A DNA stretch of 64,000 nt, taken from Candidatus Latescibacterota bacterium. Its GTDB lineage: Bacteria; Latescibacterota; UBA2968; UBA8231. A program made the position numbers and the translations under genes. Of the stretch, positions 11,199 to 21,033 are shown piece by piece. Each line of letters opens with the position of its first letter. Positions within the stretch are counted from its first letter, which is position 1. The notes below the pieces were generated by a model. That model searched no databases and had not been told where the DNA came from. It saw only the letters and a list, made by a program, of their open reading frames with translations. Location: NCBI GenBank assembly GCA_965243025.1, contig CBDETY010000003.1, positions 1,632,001 to 1,696,000 of the forward strand, given 5' to 3'.

Positions 11199-14100
11199 TC
11201 ATGAGGCGCCAATTTCCGGATTCGGATTTGCGACGCGGGCGAGATAGGATGTTCGCGGCCGCGTGTTGAGATCGGTCAGGATGCCGTAGTTGAGGTCGGA
11301 GGCCTTCCAGCGGGACACCTCGCTGTCGGGGTCCTCGATGTTCCCGAAGCTGATCGCCTGGGTCGGGCAGGCCTGTTGACAGGCGGTCTGAATCCCCCCG
11401 TCGGCGATGGGATCCCCCGATTTCTTTGACTCGATACGGGCTGCGTTGATTCGCTGGGTGCAGTAGGTGCACTTCTCCATGACCCCGCGGTAGCGCACCG
11501 TAACGTCCGGATTCCGCTGCAGCTTGAGGCTTGGGGTATCGCGGTCGGAGTACTGCAGGAAATTGAAGCGGCGCACTTTGTAAGGACAGTTGTTCGAGCA
11601 GTACCGGGTGCCGACGCAGCGGTTGTAAATCATGTCGTTGAGCCCCTCTTCGCTGTGCGTGGTCGCGGTTACGGGGCAAACCAGCTCGCAGGGGGCGTTC
11701 TCACACTGCTGGCAGGGAACGGGCTGGTGGTAGATTTCCGGATCGTCGAGGTCGGTGAAATAGCGGTCGACCCGGATCCACGACATCTCGCGGCCGTTGA
11801 GAACCTCCTCCTTGCCGACAACCGGGATGTTGTTCTCGGACTGGCAGGCTACGGAACAGGCGTTGCATCCCATGCAGGCGTTGAGGTCGATTGCCATGCC
11901 CCACGAATAGCCTGTCGAGGACTTGAACTCCCCGGAGTTGTAGAGGGTGAGCTCCTCGGGGAACTCGTGGGCTTCTTCGTGGACGAAGTGGGGCCTTTTC
12001 TCGTAGTGCTCCAGGTCCGCGTGGCGGACCAGATGGCGGCCCTCCATGCTGTGGTGGTCCTGCGTGCAGGCAAGTGGGTGGCGGTCGAAGGTCTTTGACC
12101 ACTTCAGATCCGTCGTGCTCCACCTCCCGGCGCTGGATGTGAGCGGATAGGCATCGAAGCCGACATCGTCGCCGACACGGCCGGCGCGGGTGCGGCCGTA
12201 CCCGAGGTGAACGACAAGGGTTCGTTCGGCCTGGCCGGGAACGATCCAGACCGGAGCCCGGACCATGCGGCTCTCACGGCGCAACTCGAGAACCTGCTCG
12301 TTTTCCACACCCAGTTCCTCGGCCGTCGCCGGACTCACCAGAACCGCGTTGTCCCAGGTGAGCTGGGTGATCGGCCTGGGGGTCTCCTGCAGCCAGCCAT
12401 TGTTGGAGAAACGCCCTCCTCCCAGCAGCGAGTCGGGACGCACGGCAAGCTCGAGGCCCTCTTCATCCAGAACCGCGCCGGTGTCTCCCGGCAACTGCAA
12501 GGTGCGGCGAAGACTGGTTTTTTTTGCCGAAAGTGCTGTTCCCGCCACCAGTCCGTCGTGCAGTGAGGTTTGCCAGGACCGTTCGAAGCTGCCCGACTGT
12601 GACAGATGGTCCTCCCATGTCTGCCTGACGATGTCCAGGGCCGGTTTCCCGCTCTCACCGGAAAGTACCGCGAGCAGGTCATGCGGCGATTTTCCGTTGA
12701 ACAGCGGCTTTATCAGGGGCTGGATTATCGAAACCGTGCCATCGTAGGCGCGACAATCGCCCCAGGATTCCAGAAGGTGAGCCTGGGGAACATGCCAATG
12801 GCAGGCGCGGGAGGTCTCGTCAGCCACGAGGCTCAGCTGAGCTCGGAATTCGACGTTGGCGAGCGCCCCGGCGAAATCGAGGTCGGATGGGGCGTCGTAG
12901 ACCGGGTTCCCACCGACCATCAGCAGAAGATCTACCTCGCCGGCTTTCATGTCCGCAACGAGGGCACTCAGGGATTCAGTCTGGTCGACAGATTCCACTT
13001 CCACCGGATCGGTGTAGTGAACGGTCTCGCCGATGTTGCCCAGTGCCCGGTTGATGGCATGAGCCAGGGCATGCACCGAAGGGGATTGCTGTGGTCCGGC
13101 AACGACGATGCCGGCCCCCGCGTTTTTCTTCAGGTCCCGGACCAGGGCGGGAACCCAGTTGGCCGTGTCTTCGAAAACCGGGATGTCGGTTTCGAGATGG
13201 ACGCCCAGTTCCAGGGCTACCGCTGCGGCGAAACGCTCGATGGCGCCGCTATCTAGTGGTAAACGATGATCCGCCAGGCTGCCCGTCGGGGATGGGGTGG
13301 TCTCGACGGCATACAGGCGGTTCAATCCGTCTTTTGCGTCGCGGACCCTCCTGCCAGCCGCAAAATCCCGGGCGTAGCGAACTGCGCCCGGTCCCGAACT
13401 GCAGAAGTCGGCGTCGAGCGCCAGGACGACCTTTGCCTTGGCGAAATCGAACCAGGTATTGACTGGTTCTCCGTACGCGAGCACCGATCCGGCGCGAGCG
13501 GAATCGCGGTTTGCAGGTTCGTACTGGTGCCATTGCATCCCCGGCAACTGCTCGCGCAGGGACTGCAGCTGACGCCCGATGGTCGGGGAGGTAACAGTCT
13601 CCGTCAGAATCCTCAACCCCTTCCCGTCCCTGTGGCGCAGCAAGTCGACCTTCTGGGTAAGGCTCTGTACGAAATTGCCCCAGGTACTTATTCTGCCGGC
13701 GTTAGTTACAACCTGTGCCCGGTCCGGGTCGTAGAGCTCGAGAACAACCGCCTGAGTGACCGAATCGGTGGCGCCAAGACTTGCTGGATGGTCTGGATTT
13801 CCCTCGATTTTTGTGGGACGGCCCATGTGGCACTCGACAAGTATTCCGGTACCGACCCCCCCCTGGGTCGAGGCAGTCGCGAAAAACAGGGGCTTCCCGG
13901 GAATGACATTCTCCGGAGCACGCACCCAGGGAACGATCTTCTCCTCCGGCTGAATGGTGCAATTGGTCAGTCCTCCGAACGCAAGGGAAGCTCCCATCAC
14001 CTTGAGGAAGTTGCGGCGGCTAACAGGGTCGGGCCACTCCGAGGCGCGGTCCGGGAACTCACGGTTCAACATCTCCTGGAATTCCTCTGTGCAGGCCAAC

Positions 14101-14207
14101 TCTTCAAGGCTGCGCCAGTAATCCCGCCCCTCGGATTTCGACAGGGCGGTTCGGACTTCGCTGAGTTCCAGGCGTTTGCGACTTACGGCTACGGGCTGAT
14201 CAGTCAT
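11199..14207 (-). CDS. actB: Alternative complex III subunit ActB (molybdopterin-oxidoreductase-like domain plus Fe-S domain)
   Basis: YWRSLEEL, Tat motif SRRNFLK, GRPTKIEGNPDHP; Fe-S motifs CMGCNACSVAC, CQQCENAPCELVCP, CVGTRYCSNNCP, CTYC. ATG 14207 overlaps the actA stop (ATGA). Confidence 0.96.
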   Translation of the reverse strand: MTDQPVAVSRKRLELSEVRTALSKSEGRDYWRSLEELACTEEFQEMLNREFPDRASEWPDPVSRRNFLKVMGASLAFGGLTNCTIQPEEKIVPWVRAPENVIPGKPLFFATASTQGGVGTGILVECHMGRPTKIEGNPDHPASLGATDSVTQAVVLELYDPDRAQVVTNAGRISTWGNFVQSLTQKVDLLRHRDGKGLRILTETVTSPTIGRQLQSLREQLPGMQWHQYEPANRDSARAGSVLAYGEPVNTWFDFAKAKVVLALDADFCSSGPGAVRYARDFAAGRRVRDAKDGLNRLYAVETTPSPTGSLADHRLPLDSGAIERFAAAVALELGVHLETDIPVFEDTANWVPALVRDLKKNAGAGIVVAGPQQSPSVHALAHAINRALGNIGETVHYTDPVEVESVDQTESLSALVADMKAGEVDLLLMVGGNPVYDAPSDLDFAGALANVEFRAQLSLVADETSRACHWHVPQAHLLESWGDCRAYDGTVSIIQPLIKPLFNGKSPHDLLAVLSGESGKPALDIVRQTWEDHLSQSGSFERSWQTSLHDGLVAGTALSAKKTSLRRTLQLPGDTGAVLDEEGLELAVRPDSLLGGGRFSNNGWLQETPRPITQLTWDNAVLVSPATAEELGVENEQVLELRRESRMVRAPVWIVPGQAERTLVVHLGYGRTRAGRVGDDVGFDAYPLTSSAGRWSTTDLKWSKTFDRHPLACTQDHHSMEGRHLVRHADLEHYEKRPHFVHEEAHEFPEELTLYNSGEFKSSTGYSWGMAIDLNACMGCNACSVACQSENNIPVVGKEEVLNGREMSWIRVDRYFTDLDDPEIYHQPVPCQQCENAPCELVCPVTATTHSEEGLNDMIYNRCVGTRYCSNNCPYKVRRFNFLQYSDRDTPSLKLQRNPDVTVRYRGVMEKCTYCTQRINAARIESKKSGDPIADGGIQTACQQACPTQAISFGNIEDPDSEVSRWKASDLNYGILTDLNTRPRTSYLARVANPNPEIGAS

Positions 14208-14860
14208 AGGTGACACACCGAACAATCTCGCAATTGCGATGTTTGAATCCCGTACTCCGCAACCAACCTGCGCCCCAGAGTCTCCTGGTCGGAGGGAGGT
14301 ACGTACTCCATGTTGAAAACTTCCTCGCGCGGTCTGATAAACTGCTCAGGTGCCCTGTGGCACTCGAGGCACCATTCCATGTTCAAGGTGTTTTCCTTGT
14401 ACATGAGGGGCATCTGATCGACCTGACCGTGGCAGGTCTGACAGCCAATTCCCTTGTTCACGTGGATGTCGTGCTTGAAGTAGACGAAATCAGGCAGATC
14501 GTGAACCCGGGTCCAGCGCAACGCCACATCATCCCGGTAACTGGCGCGTACGGGCTCGAGAATCGGCGCCTCCGTCCATATCATCGAGTGGCAGGACATA
14601 CAGGTTTCGGTAGCAGGAATGCCCGCAAAGGCGGAGGTTTCCACCGTGGTGTGGCAATACCGGCAGTCGATGCCCATACCAGTCACATGGTGTTTGTGGC
14701 TGAAGGGAACCGGCTGATCCCTCGGCACTCCAACCTGGCTTACGTAATCTAACCGGTTGATATTTAAGAGGATAGAAAGAAGAACAGCTACGGTGAGCCC
14801 GCCGCCGACAATACTGACATTGGCGACCCAGTTCATACTTCTTCCGAAAACCTGCGGCAT
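14204..14860 (-). CDS. actA: Alternative complex III subunit ActA (pentaheme cytochrome c)
   Basis: N-terminal TM helix, QPVPFSHKHH, five CxxCH motifs (CRYCH, CMSCH, CQTCH, CLECH, CSVCH); RBS GGAGGAG. Confidence 0.95.
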   Translation of the reverse strand: MPQVFGRSMNWVANVSIVGGGLTVAVLLSILLNINRLDYVSQVGVPRDQPVPFSHKHHVTGMGIDCRYCHTTVETSAFAGIPATETCMSCHSMIWTEAPILEPVRASYRDDVALRWTRVHDLPDFVYFKHDIHVNKGIGCQTCHGQVDQMPLMYKENTLNMEWCLECHRAPEQFIRPREEVFNMEYVPPSDQETLGRRLVAEYGIQTSQLRDCSVCHL

Positions 14861-14966
14861 ATTCGGTGCGGTCCGGTCTCCTCCGCAGTGGGCTAACCTG
14901 TGGCTGGGACTGCGTTTACAGGCTGTTTAGGGGGGAACGTTGACGCTTTCGAGTAAGGGAATCGTA

Positions 14967-14995
14967 AAGCTATGGCCGCTTTTTCAGGAAGTCAA
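14967..14995 (-). promoter_or_regulatory. sigma70-type promoter of the act-cox operon
   Basis: Minus strand TTGACT-N17-TAGCTT, about 105 bp upstream of actA. Confidence 0.6.
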
Positions 14996-15096
14996 CCCGC
15001 TACGTAGAGTAAACCACCGGCCGGCCGCCACTGTCAGAACAGAGATGGCCCGTGGACCCGTATATGAGCTGCCTTGCCTTTGACCCTATATTCAAT

Positions 15097-15150
15097 AGTA
15101 GTGGAATCACCAAGAGTAGTGGAATCACCAAGAGTAGTGGAATCACCAAG
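15097..15150 (+). repeat. Perfect tandem repeat 3 x 18 bp (AGTAGTGGAATCACCAAG)
   Basis: Units at 15097-15114, 15115-15132 and 15133-15150; the last G is nucleotide 1 of tRNA-Arg. Confidence 0.95.
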
Positions 15151-15223
15151 CCCCCGTAGCTCAGTAGGATAGAGCAACAGATTCCTAATCTGTGGGTCCC
15201 GTGTTCGAATCGCGGCGGGGGCA
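15150..15223 (+). tRNA. tRNA-Arg(CCT)
   Basis: Acceptor GCCCCCG/CGGGGGC; D arm TAGCTCAGTAGGATAGAGC; anticodon arm ACAGA-TTCCTAA-TCTGT; T loop GTTCGAATC; CCA not encoded (ACCG). Confidence 0.96.
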
Positions 15224-15784
15224 CCGTTTTTCCGGGAAGGACGCGGCTTCGGAGTCTTGTCCGCGAGAGCGGCTACCTGCTTGTGCTCCAGCCCATTTCG
15301 CCCGGGTGAGGTAGAGCTCCTGGAAGCCCGGGGTCGGAGCATGAATCGGTCCCCCCTTTTGAACCACCCCGCAATCGAGGGATCAGGTGTCTTCAGGATC
15401 TCGGGGGAGGCTTCCCGTCGCCGTGAAAACCCGAGTTCAAACCGGCCGACGAACCCGGTCCACGGAAGGAATGCAACGGTCAACCGCTCCCTGACAGCCA
15501 CAGCCTCCATCGTCTCCTGCGCGAGTCTTCTGGTTCACCGCAGCACGGCGCCAGAGTTCGGGTGCGCCGGTGATGGACGCCCTCGACGTTCAGGGGTTTG
15601 GGGACCCGGGAAAACCGGGCGCATTCCAGAACTTGGAGTTCTGCACTTTTCAACAACCGCCCCTCCGGCTTCCGGTTGAACGTCCTCCAGCTGCAAGAGG
15701 CATTCGTTCGAGGCGACGAAGAAGGTTGGGATGTCGGTTCATCCAAAATCACGCATCCCCGCTGACGCCATCTGATCCGTATCG

Positions 15785-17218
15785 ATGCTGACCCTTTACG
15801 ATACCGCCACGCGACGAAAGGTTCCCTTCGAACCGATAGATCCGGCTCGGGTCCGCATCTACAGCTGCGGTCCCACCATCTACGATTTCGCGCACATCGG
15901 CAATTTCAGATCGTTTGTCTTTGCCGACGTCCTCAAGCGCTATCTGAAATACCGGGGATTCAAGGTCACCCACGTGATGAACCTCACCGATGTCGATGAT
16001 CGAATTGCCGAGCACGTGCAGCGGGAAGGGGTTCCCCTGCGGGAGTTCACGGACCGCTTTGCGGAGGGGTTTTTCTCTGACCTGAAAACGCTGAACGTGG
16101 AGCCGGCCGACCACTATCCACGGGCGACCGACCACATCGTCGAGATGCTGGATTTGATCCAAACCTTGCTCGACAGAGGCTTGGCCTACCGCCGTGACGG
16201 CTCGGTCTATTTCTCGATCTCCAAGTTTCCCGGTTATGGGGAATTCGCCCGGATCGACACCGAGGGAATGCAGGATGGCGCCCGTGTCGACAGCGACGAC
16301 TACGACAAGGAGAACGCGAGGGACTTCGTCCTGTGGAAGGGCTGGACGACAAAGGATGGCGACGTCGCGTGGAACTCCCCCTTCGGCCGGGGCCGACCCG
16401 GTTGGCATCTCGAATGCTCGGCGATGTCCAGAAAGTACCTCGGGGAGGAGTTCGACATTCATACCGGAGGGGTAGATCTGGTTTTTCCCCATCACCAGAA
16501 CGAAATCGCCCAGAGTGAAGGGGCTTCGGGCAAACCCTTCGTAAGGCTTTGGATGCACAACGAGTTCCTCAATATCAACGGCGCGAAAATCTCCAAGAGC
16601 CTGGGAAATCACATTCGTTTGCAAGACATCGGTTCAGCGGCGGAGATAAGGGCTTTCAGGTACCTTCTGGCAACCTCGCATTACCGGACCCTGCTGAACT
16701 TCTCTGACGCTGCCGTCAGGTCCAGTATGTCAGCCCTGCAGCGGCTCGCGAAGGTGCGGGGGCGCGTCCTGGAAATCGCTGCCTCTGGCCGAGGGTCCGC
16801 CGACAGCCTCTGGCAGGGTCGGATCGCCGCAGCGCGGGAGGGGTTTGAGGAGGGAATGGACGACGATTTGAACTCGCCGAGAGCTATCGCGGCGGTGTTC
16901 GGCCTGATTCACCATGCAGAGCGGCATTTGAACAACGGCGACTTGAAGCCTGAGAACGCCGGAGCGGTGGTCTCGTTTCTCGACGAAATCAACCGCGTCC
17001 TCGGTATCTTTTTCGAAATTTCCGGGGAAGGTGACGAGAACCGGGCTGATCTACCCCCTGAGCTGGAAGCCATGTTTCGGCGCCGTCTCCAAGCTCGCGA
17101 AGCCCGGGATTGGAACCTTGCAGATCAGCTCAGAGACGAACTCGGCGCTGCAGGAGTCGAGGTCAGGGACAGCCGCGAGGGCTCGACCTGGGAATGGAAG
17201 GGATCCCCGAAAGGTTAG
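15785..17218 (+). CDS. cysS: Cysteine--tRNA ligase
   Basis: YSCGPTIYDFAHIGN, DFVLWK, GRPGWHLECSAM, DIHTGGVDLVFPHHQNE, KISKS. Confidence 0.98.
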   Translation: MLTLYDTATRRKVPFEPIDPARVRIYSCGPTIYDFAHIGNFRSFVFADVLKRYLKYRGFKVTHVMNLTDVDDRIAEHVQREGVPLREFTDRFAEGFFSDLKTLNVEPADHYPRATDHIVEMLDLIQTLLDRGLAYRRDGSVYFSISKFPGYGEFARIDTEGMQDGARVDSDDYDKENARDFVLWKGWTTKDGDVAWNSPFGRGRPGWHLECSAMSRKYLGEEFDIHTGGVDLVFPHHQNEIAQSEGASGKPFVRLWMHNEFLNINGAKISKSLGNHIRLQDIGSAAEIRAFRYLLATSHYRTLLNFSDAAVRSSMSALQRLAKVRGRVLEIAASGRGSADSLWQGRIAAAREGFEEGMDDDLNSPRAIAAVFGLIHHAERHLNNGDLKPENAGAVVSFLDEINRVLGIFFEISGEGDENRADLPPELEAMFRRRLQAREARDWNLADQLRDELGAAGVEVRDSREGSTWEWKGSPKG

Positions 17219-17313
17219 ATTGCGGTCAGGGGGCCGCACCGGTCCCCGCTCGGGCCCGAGGTGAAGCCCCGAATGCCGGGCCATAGCGGTCGAACCACGA
17301 AGAAGGGAGCACG

Positions 17314-18855
17314 GTGAAAAAAGCGGCGACAGCCAGCGACAGGAATCCGAAGGATACGCCGCCATCGGCGCCGCGGGATACCGGAGCTGTAGGTATTCGC
17401 GACCGGATCGAACGATTCCGGTCCGCCCTCGAAAACCTGTCGCCATTCACCACTGTGCTCAGCCCCGAGGTTCGCCGGCTCCTTCAAGGGTTTGCCGCTG
17501 CACTCCCGGAAAACCCCCGGACCGATCAATGGAACAGCCAGGGGTCCTCAAACAGCCGGCTCAGGTATCTCGAGCTTGTCGGACAGCTGGTGAGTGAGTC
17601 GACTTCCCTCGCTTCACACCCGGAAAGTTCGCTGCTGTACGAGTACATAATCAACCGCATCCCGGCAGCCGACCACCCCTGCCTTCGCGTATGTGACAGC
17701 GGGAAAACCCCGACTTCGGAGATCAAGGCTTTGCTCGAGTCGGATCTCCACTGTCTCCAGCAAGTGGCGCAAACCCCTGTTTCCGAATTCGCCGCATCAC
17801 CGCAGAGTCTTCCTCCCCAACCCGACAGAGCGGATTCTTCTTCGCGTGTGGCGACCCCTTCGGTGAACAATGGTTCGCCAAGGCTCCGGTGGGACCTGTC
17901 CGGGGACCTGACCAGACTCCGAGCCAGGTTTTTCGAGGCAGCCGATTGGAGGACTCTGGCCGAACCCCTGATGGAGTTCGTCCGGACCCACGGGGCCGGT
18001 ATCTTCCAGGGTACCCCCGCTTTTTCACTTCGGGAAAGCGGGAATCGTCTGGAGCTTGAGCCTGTTGCGGACTTCGACAGTTTCAGCCTCGATTGGTGGC
18101 AGGGAACTGATTCAACGATCGAACCCATCGTGGCCAATACCGAACACCTGCTATGCGGGCTTCCCGCCCAAAATGTCCTTATCTGGGGACCTCGTGGATG
18201 CGGTAAATCATCATTGATCCGCGGTCTCATCACCAGGTATTTCTCCCGCGGATTGCGCGGAATCCAAATCCCCCCCCACCTGTATGGGCGTCTGAGGGAA
18301 GTTTTCAACCTCGTCAAAGGTCGGCCAGAGCGATTCGTAGGGGTACTCGACAACATCTCTCTGGACCCCCGATCGGCCGGCTTCAGGGAGTTGGCCAGCG
18401 TCCTGGATGGTGGCCTCGAAAGGCCACCGGAAAACCTGGTATTCTACGCGACCTCGAATTTCAAGGATCTGGTCGACCGCGAAGGGGACAGACCGGCAGG
18501 GCCTCCCAGGCAACAGATCGATCGCCCTTCTCCACCCGGCGACGGAACCACTGCCAATTCCCCTCGTCCCGAATTCTACGACCCCCAACAACAGCAACGA
18601 CTCGATGAGCGCAGGGCGATGGACGACCGCTTCGCGCTCAAGGTATTCCTGGATCTGCCGGGAAAAAGCGAATACGATCAGCTAGTACTGGCGTATGCGG
18701 AGCGGGCCGGTATCGCCGCAAAGTCCGACGAGGTACTTGCGGCCTTCAACGTCTGGCGGATGCGCCACAACCACGATCTCGTGGGGGGACGTACCGCCCG
18801 CGACTTCGTCCAGTGGTTGTACGCCCGGGAACAATCGGAAACCAGGACTGCCTGA
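17314..18855 (+). CDS. DUF815-like AAA+ ATPase with N-terminal extension
   Basis: ANTE.L..G.PAQNVLIWGPRGCGKSSLI (Walker A), LDGGLE..PEN..FYATSN, DRF and GRTARDF motifs. Confidence 0.75.
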   Translation: MKKAATASDRNPKDTPPSAPRDTGAVGIRDRIERFRSALENLSPFTTVLSPEVRRLLQGFAAALPENPRTDQWNSQGSSNSRLRYLELVGQLVSESTSLASHPESSLLYEYIINRIPAADHPCLRVCDSGKTPTSEIKALLESDLHCLQQVAQTPVSEFAASPQSLPPQPDRADSSSRVATPSVNNGSPRLRWDLSGDLTRLRARFFEAADWRTLAEPLMEFVRTHGAGIFQGTPAFSLRESGNRLELEPVADFDSFSLDWWQGTDSTIEPIVANTEHLLCGLPAQNVLIWGPRGCGKSSLIRGLITRYFSRGLRGIQIPPHLYGRLREVFNLVKGRPERFVGVLDNISLDPRSAGFRELASVLDGGLERPPENLVFYATSNFKDLVDREGDRPAGPPRQQIDRPSPPGDGTTANSPRPEFYDPQQQQRLDERRAMDDRFALKVFLDLPGKSEYDQLVLAYAERAGIAAKSDEVLAAFNVWRMRHNHDLVGGRTARDFVQWLYAREQSETRTA

Positions 18856-19025
18856 CACCCGCCTCGGCCAGGGGACCGGGAAGCGGCGCTGTTCCCGGAT
18901 TCAGAAAGGACCGTTAGTGGAGGGAAAGAAGGGAAGAACCCCCTCGGAGGATCTCACGGAGGTTGGAAAATCCACTACCTGGATCGCCCGTGCCCTGCTG
19001 CATGCCGCCGCTGGGACGCGCGACA

Positions 19026-19406
19026 CTAGGTCACTTCGAGAAGCTCGACTTCGTAGCCGTCGGGATCGTCGATAAAGGCCATTTTCCCACCCGAGCTGAA
19101 TTTCTCGCGCCAGCCGTCAGGCCAGATCTCGATTCCCGCTTCTTCGAGCCTGGCGCACGACTCAATCAGGTTCGGAACCCCTATCGCAATATGCATCAGG
19201 TCATCGGGAACATTCAGTTCGTAATCTTCTGACCAGGTCAGCTCGAGAGTGTGTTCGTTGCCCGGCAGCTCCAGGTGGGCGATCTGATTGCCTGCCGGGG
19301 ACCTGTCGGACCGCCTTGCCACCCGGAATCCCAGGTGAGTACAGTACCAGTCGATTGAGCGATCCAGGTCGCTCACCCGGATTCTCGTATGCAGGAAGCG
19401 AGACAT
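19026..19406 (-). CDS. VOC family / glyoxalase I-like protein
   Basis: FLHTRIRVSDLDRSIDWY, LELT, HIAIGV, AFIDDPDGYEVELLE. Confidence 0.88.
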   Translation of the reverse strand: MSRFLHTRIRVSDLDRSIDWYCTHLGFRVARRSDRSPAGNQIAHLELPGNEHTLELTWSEDYELNVPDDLMHIAIGVPNLIESCARLEEAGIEIWPDGWREKFSSGGKMAFIDDPDGYEVELLEVT

Positions 19407-19535
19407 GATCACCGTCCTCAATTATGTTCTCAATGTCCTGAAGAGCCCCGATCTTTCAATCGGTCTCCTGAATCCCAGTACCGTTAACCGACTCACGGCC
19501 AGTCAGGTACGAAAGTGGCAAGAGGGAGAAAATGG

Positions 19536-19623
19536 TGGTGCCGAAGGAGGGACTCGAACCCACACGGGGATAAACCCCACTGCGCCCTGAACGCAGCGCG
19601 TCTACCAATTTCGCCACTTCGGC
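19536..19623 (-). tRNA. tRNA-Leu(CAG)
   Basis: Reverse complement: acceptor GCCGAAG/CTTCGGC; D arm TGGCGAAATTGGTAGACGC; anticodon arm CTGCG-TTCAGGG-CGCAG; long variable arm; GGTTCGAGTCC; encoded CCA. Confidence 0.96.
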
Positions 19624-19644
19624 TCGCAATGATTGGCGGGAACA

Positions 19645-19673
19645 AAGCTAGGTGACCCCCCAGGCAGGGTCAA
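19645..19673 (-). promoter_or_regulatory. sigma70-type promoter for tRNA-Leu
   Basis: Minus strand TTGACC-N17-TAGCTT, 21 bp upstream of the tRNA. Confidence 0.6.
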
Positions 19674-19708
19674 CCCTGGAAAACACCGACTGTTCACCAA
19701 AAACGGCC

Positions 19709-20206
19709 ATGCCCGCATCGAAGAAGACCGACGACGGAAAGGCGGAAAGCGGCACGAAGTTGATCGCCCAGAACCGCAAGGTAAGGCATGACTTCGAGGT
19801 TCTTTCGACAGTGGAGGCGGGCATCGAATTGCGGGGCACCGAAGTCAAATCGTTACGCGACGGTAAGGTCAATCTCAAGGACAGCTACGCTCGGGTGGAC
19901 CGGGGAGAACTGTTCCTGCTCAATCTCCACATTGGAGTCTACGAGGCCGCCAACCAATTCAATCACGACCCGAACCGCCCGCGGAAGCTTCTTCTTCACA
20001 GGCGGGAGATCAGGCGCCTTGTCGGCCAGACAGACCAGCGCGGTTTGACTCTGGTTCCCACGAGGTTGTATTTCAAACGCGGCAGAGCCAAGATCGAGCT
20101 CGCACTCGCTCGGGGTAAACGCCTCCACGACCGGCGCCGCGACATTGCCGACCGCGATGCGCGGCGATCCGTGGACCGTGCCCTCGCCGAGGCCCGGAAA
20201 AGTTGA
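19709..20206 (+). CDS. smpB: SsrA-binding protein
   Basis: IAQNRKVRHDF, EAGIELRGTEVKSLR, NHDP.RPRKLLLHRREI, LARGK..HDRR. Confidence 0.97.
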   Translation: MPASKKTDDGKAESGTKLIAQNRKVRHDFEVLSTVEAGIELRGTEVKSLRDGKVNLKDSYARVDRGELFLLNLHIGVYEAANQFNHDPNRPRKLLLHRREIRRLVGQTDQRGLTLVPTRLYFKRGRAKIELALARGKRLHDRRRDIADRDARRSVDRALAEARKS

Positions 20207-21033
20207 CCGCTACTGCTCACCTGGCCACGGAAACCTGTTCCGCCTGCGCCGGCGGGGGAGTGTTCTACGACCCGAGGGTGGAAGTCGGACGCTTCGGAAC
20301 CCTTAGGTTGTGTGGGTGCCTGGAGAAGGAATGCCGCTGCCGCGGAGAACGCCCCTATCAGTACTGGGACGAAAACTCGAGGTTGCAGTGGTGCCCATGC
20401 GCCGCAGGCCGGCGGCGGTTGTCGGAGATTCAGCGGCTTTTCAAGCTCGCTGAGATCCCTCCCAAGTTTCGCTGGAAGTTCCAGGACGATTTTTCTCTGA
20501 CGACTCCGGACGGCGAGGCTATCGCAGTGGCAACCGAAGCCCGCGGATATGTTTCGACACTCCTGGACGTCGATGAAGAACCGCGCCGCGGCTTCGTTCT
20601 GATGGGTCCTCCGGGTACGGGCAAGACCCTGCTCGGGTGCATAATGCTCAACGAGCTCATCCTCCACCGCGCCCGGGCCGGCCGCTTCCTCAGCCTGTCC
20701 CGCAACTACTTTCAGCTGCTTCGCGATACCTTTTCCGAAAACAGCCCCCGCTACGGGCGGACTTGGCAAATCCAGCAGGAGTTGACCCGGTTGCCCTACC
20801 TGCTTCTGGACGATTTCGGTACCCAACGCGGTACCGAGTTCGAGATGGAGAAGCTGTATGAACTCGTCGATGCCCGTTACAGCGAGGAGCGCTTCACCAT
20901 TGTCACCACCAACCAGCCACTGGACGAGATCAGGCAGCAGAGTGCCCCGATCTATTCCCGCCTTACCGAAATGTGCCGTTTCGTGAACATGACCGGGGTC
21001 GATTTCCGCCAACAGCTCCACCCGGTTCGGTAA
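20203..21033 (+). CDS. DnaC/IstB-like AAA+ ATPase with Cys-rich N-terminus
   Basis: IPPKF...F, Walker A GPPGTGKT, Walker B LLLDDFG, LVDARY...TIVTTN, SRL.EMC..V...G.DFR; eight N-terminal Cys. Confidence 0.85.
   Translation: MTATAHLATETCSACAGGGVFYDPRVEVGRFGTLRLCGCLEKECRCRGERPYQYWDENSRLQWCPCAAGRRRLSEIQRLFKLAEIPPKFRWKFQDDFSLTTPDGEAIAVATEARGYVSTLLDVDEEPRRGFVLMGPPGTGKTLLGCIMLNELILHRARAGRFLSLSRNYFQLLRDTFSENSPRYGRTWQIQQELTRLPYLLLDDFGTQRGTEFEMEKLYELVDARYSEERFTIVTTNQPLDEIRQQSAPIYSRLTEMCRFVNMTGVDFRQQLHPVR

Noticed and set aside
15097-15150. Possible CRISPR array
   Set aside because: The repeats are contiguous with no spacers, only 18 bp long, and there are no cas genes.
15451-15480. SRP-RNA-like string GAACCCGGTCCACGGAAGGAATGCAACGG
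   Set aside because: It lacks the conserved CAGG/AGCAG internal-loop pairing and I could not form the long enclosing helix.
15480-15752. Minus-strand ORF starting ILDEPTS (ABC Walker B-like)
   Set aside because: No other ABC motifs in any frame I read; probably chance.
19533-19539. Encoded CCACCA at the 3' end of tRNA-Leu as a degradation signal
   Set aside because: The acceptor stem is fully paired and 3' trimming would remove the extra CCA; probably incidental.
19421-19710. tmRNA (ssrA) next to smpB
   Set aside because: Only tRNA-Leu is present; no tmRNA-like ends or tag frame were seen.
20203-21033. IS21 element (IstB) or prophage replication module
   Set aside because: No IstA transposase, terminal repeats, integrase or phage genes; the gene is coupled to smpB and rph.
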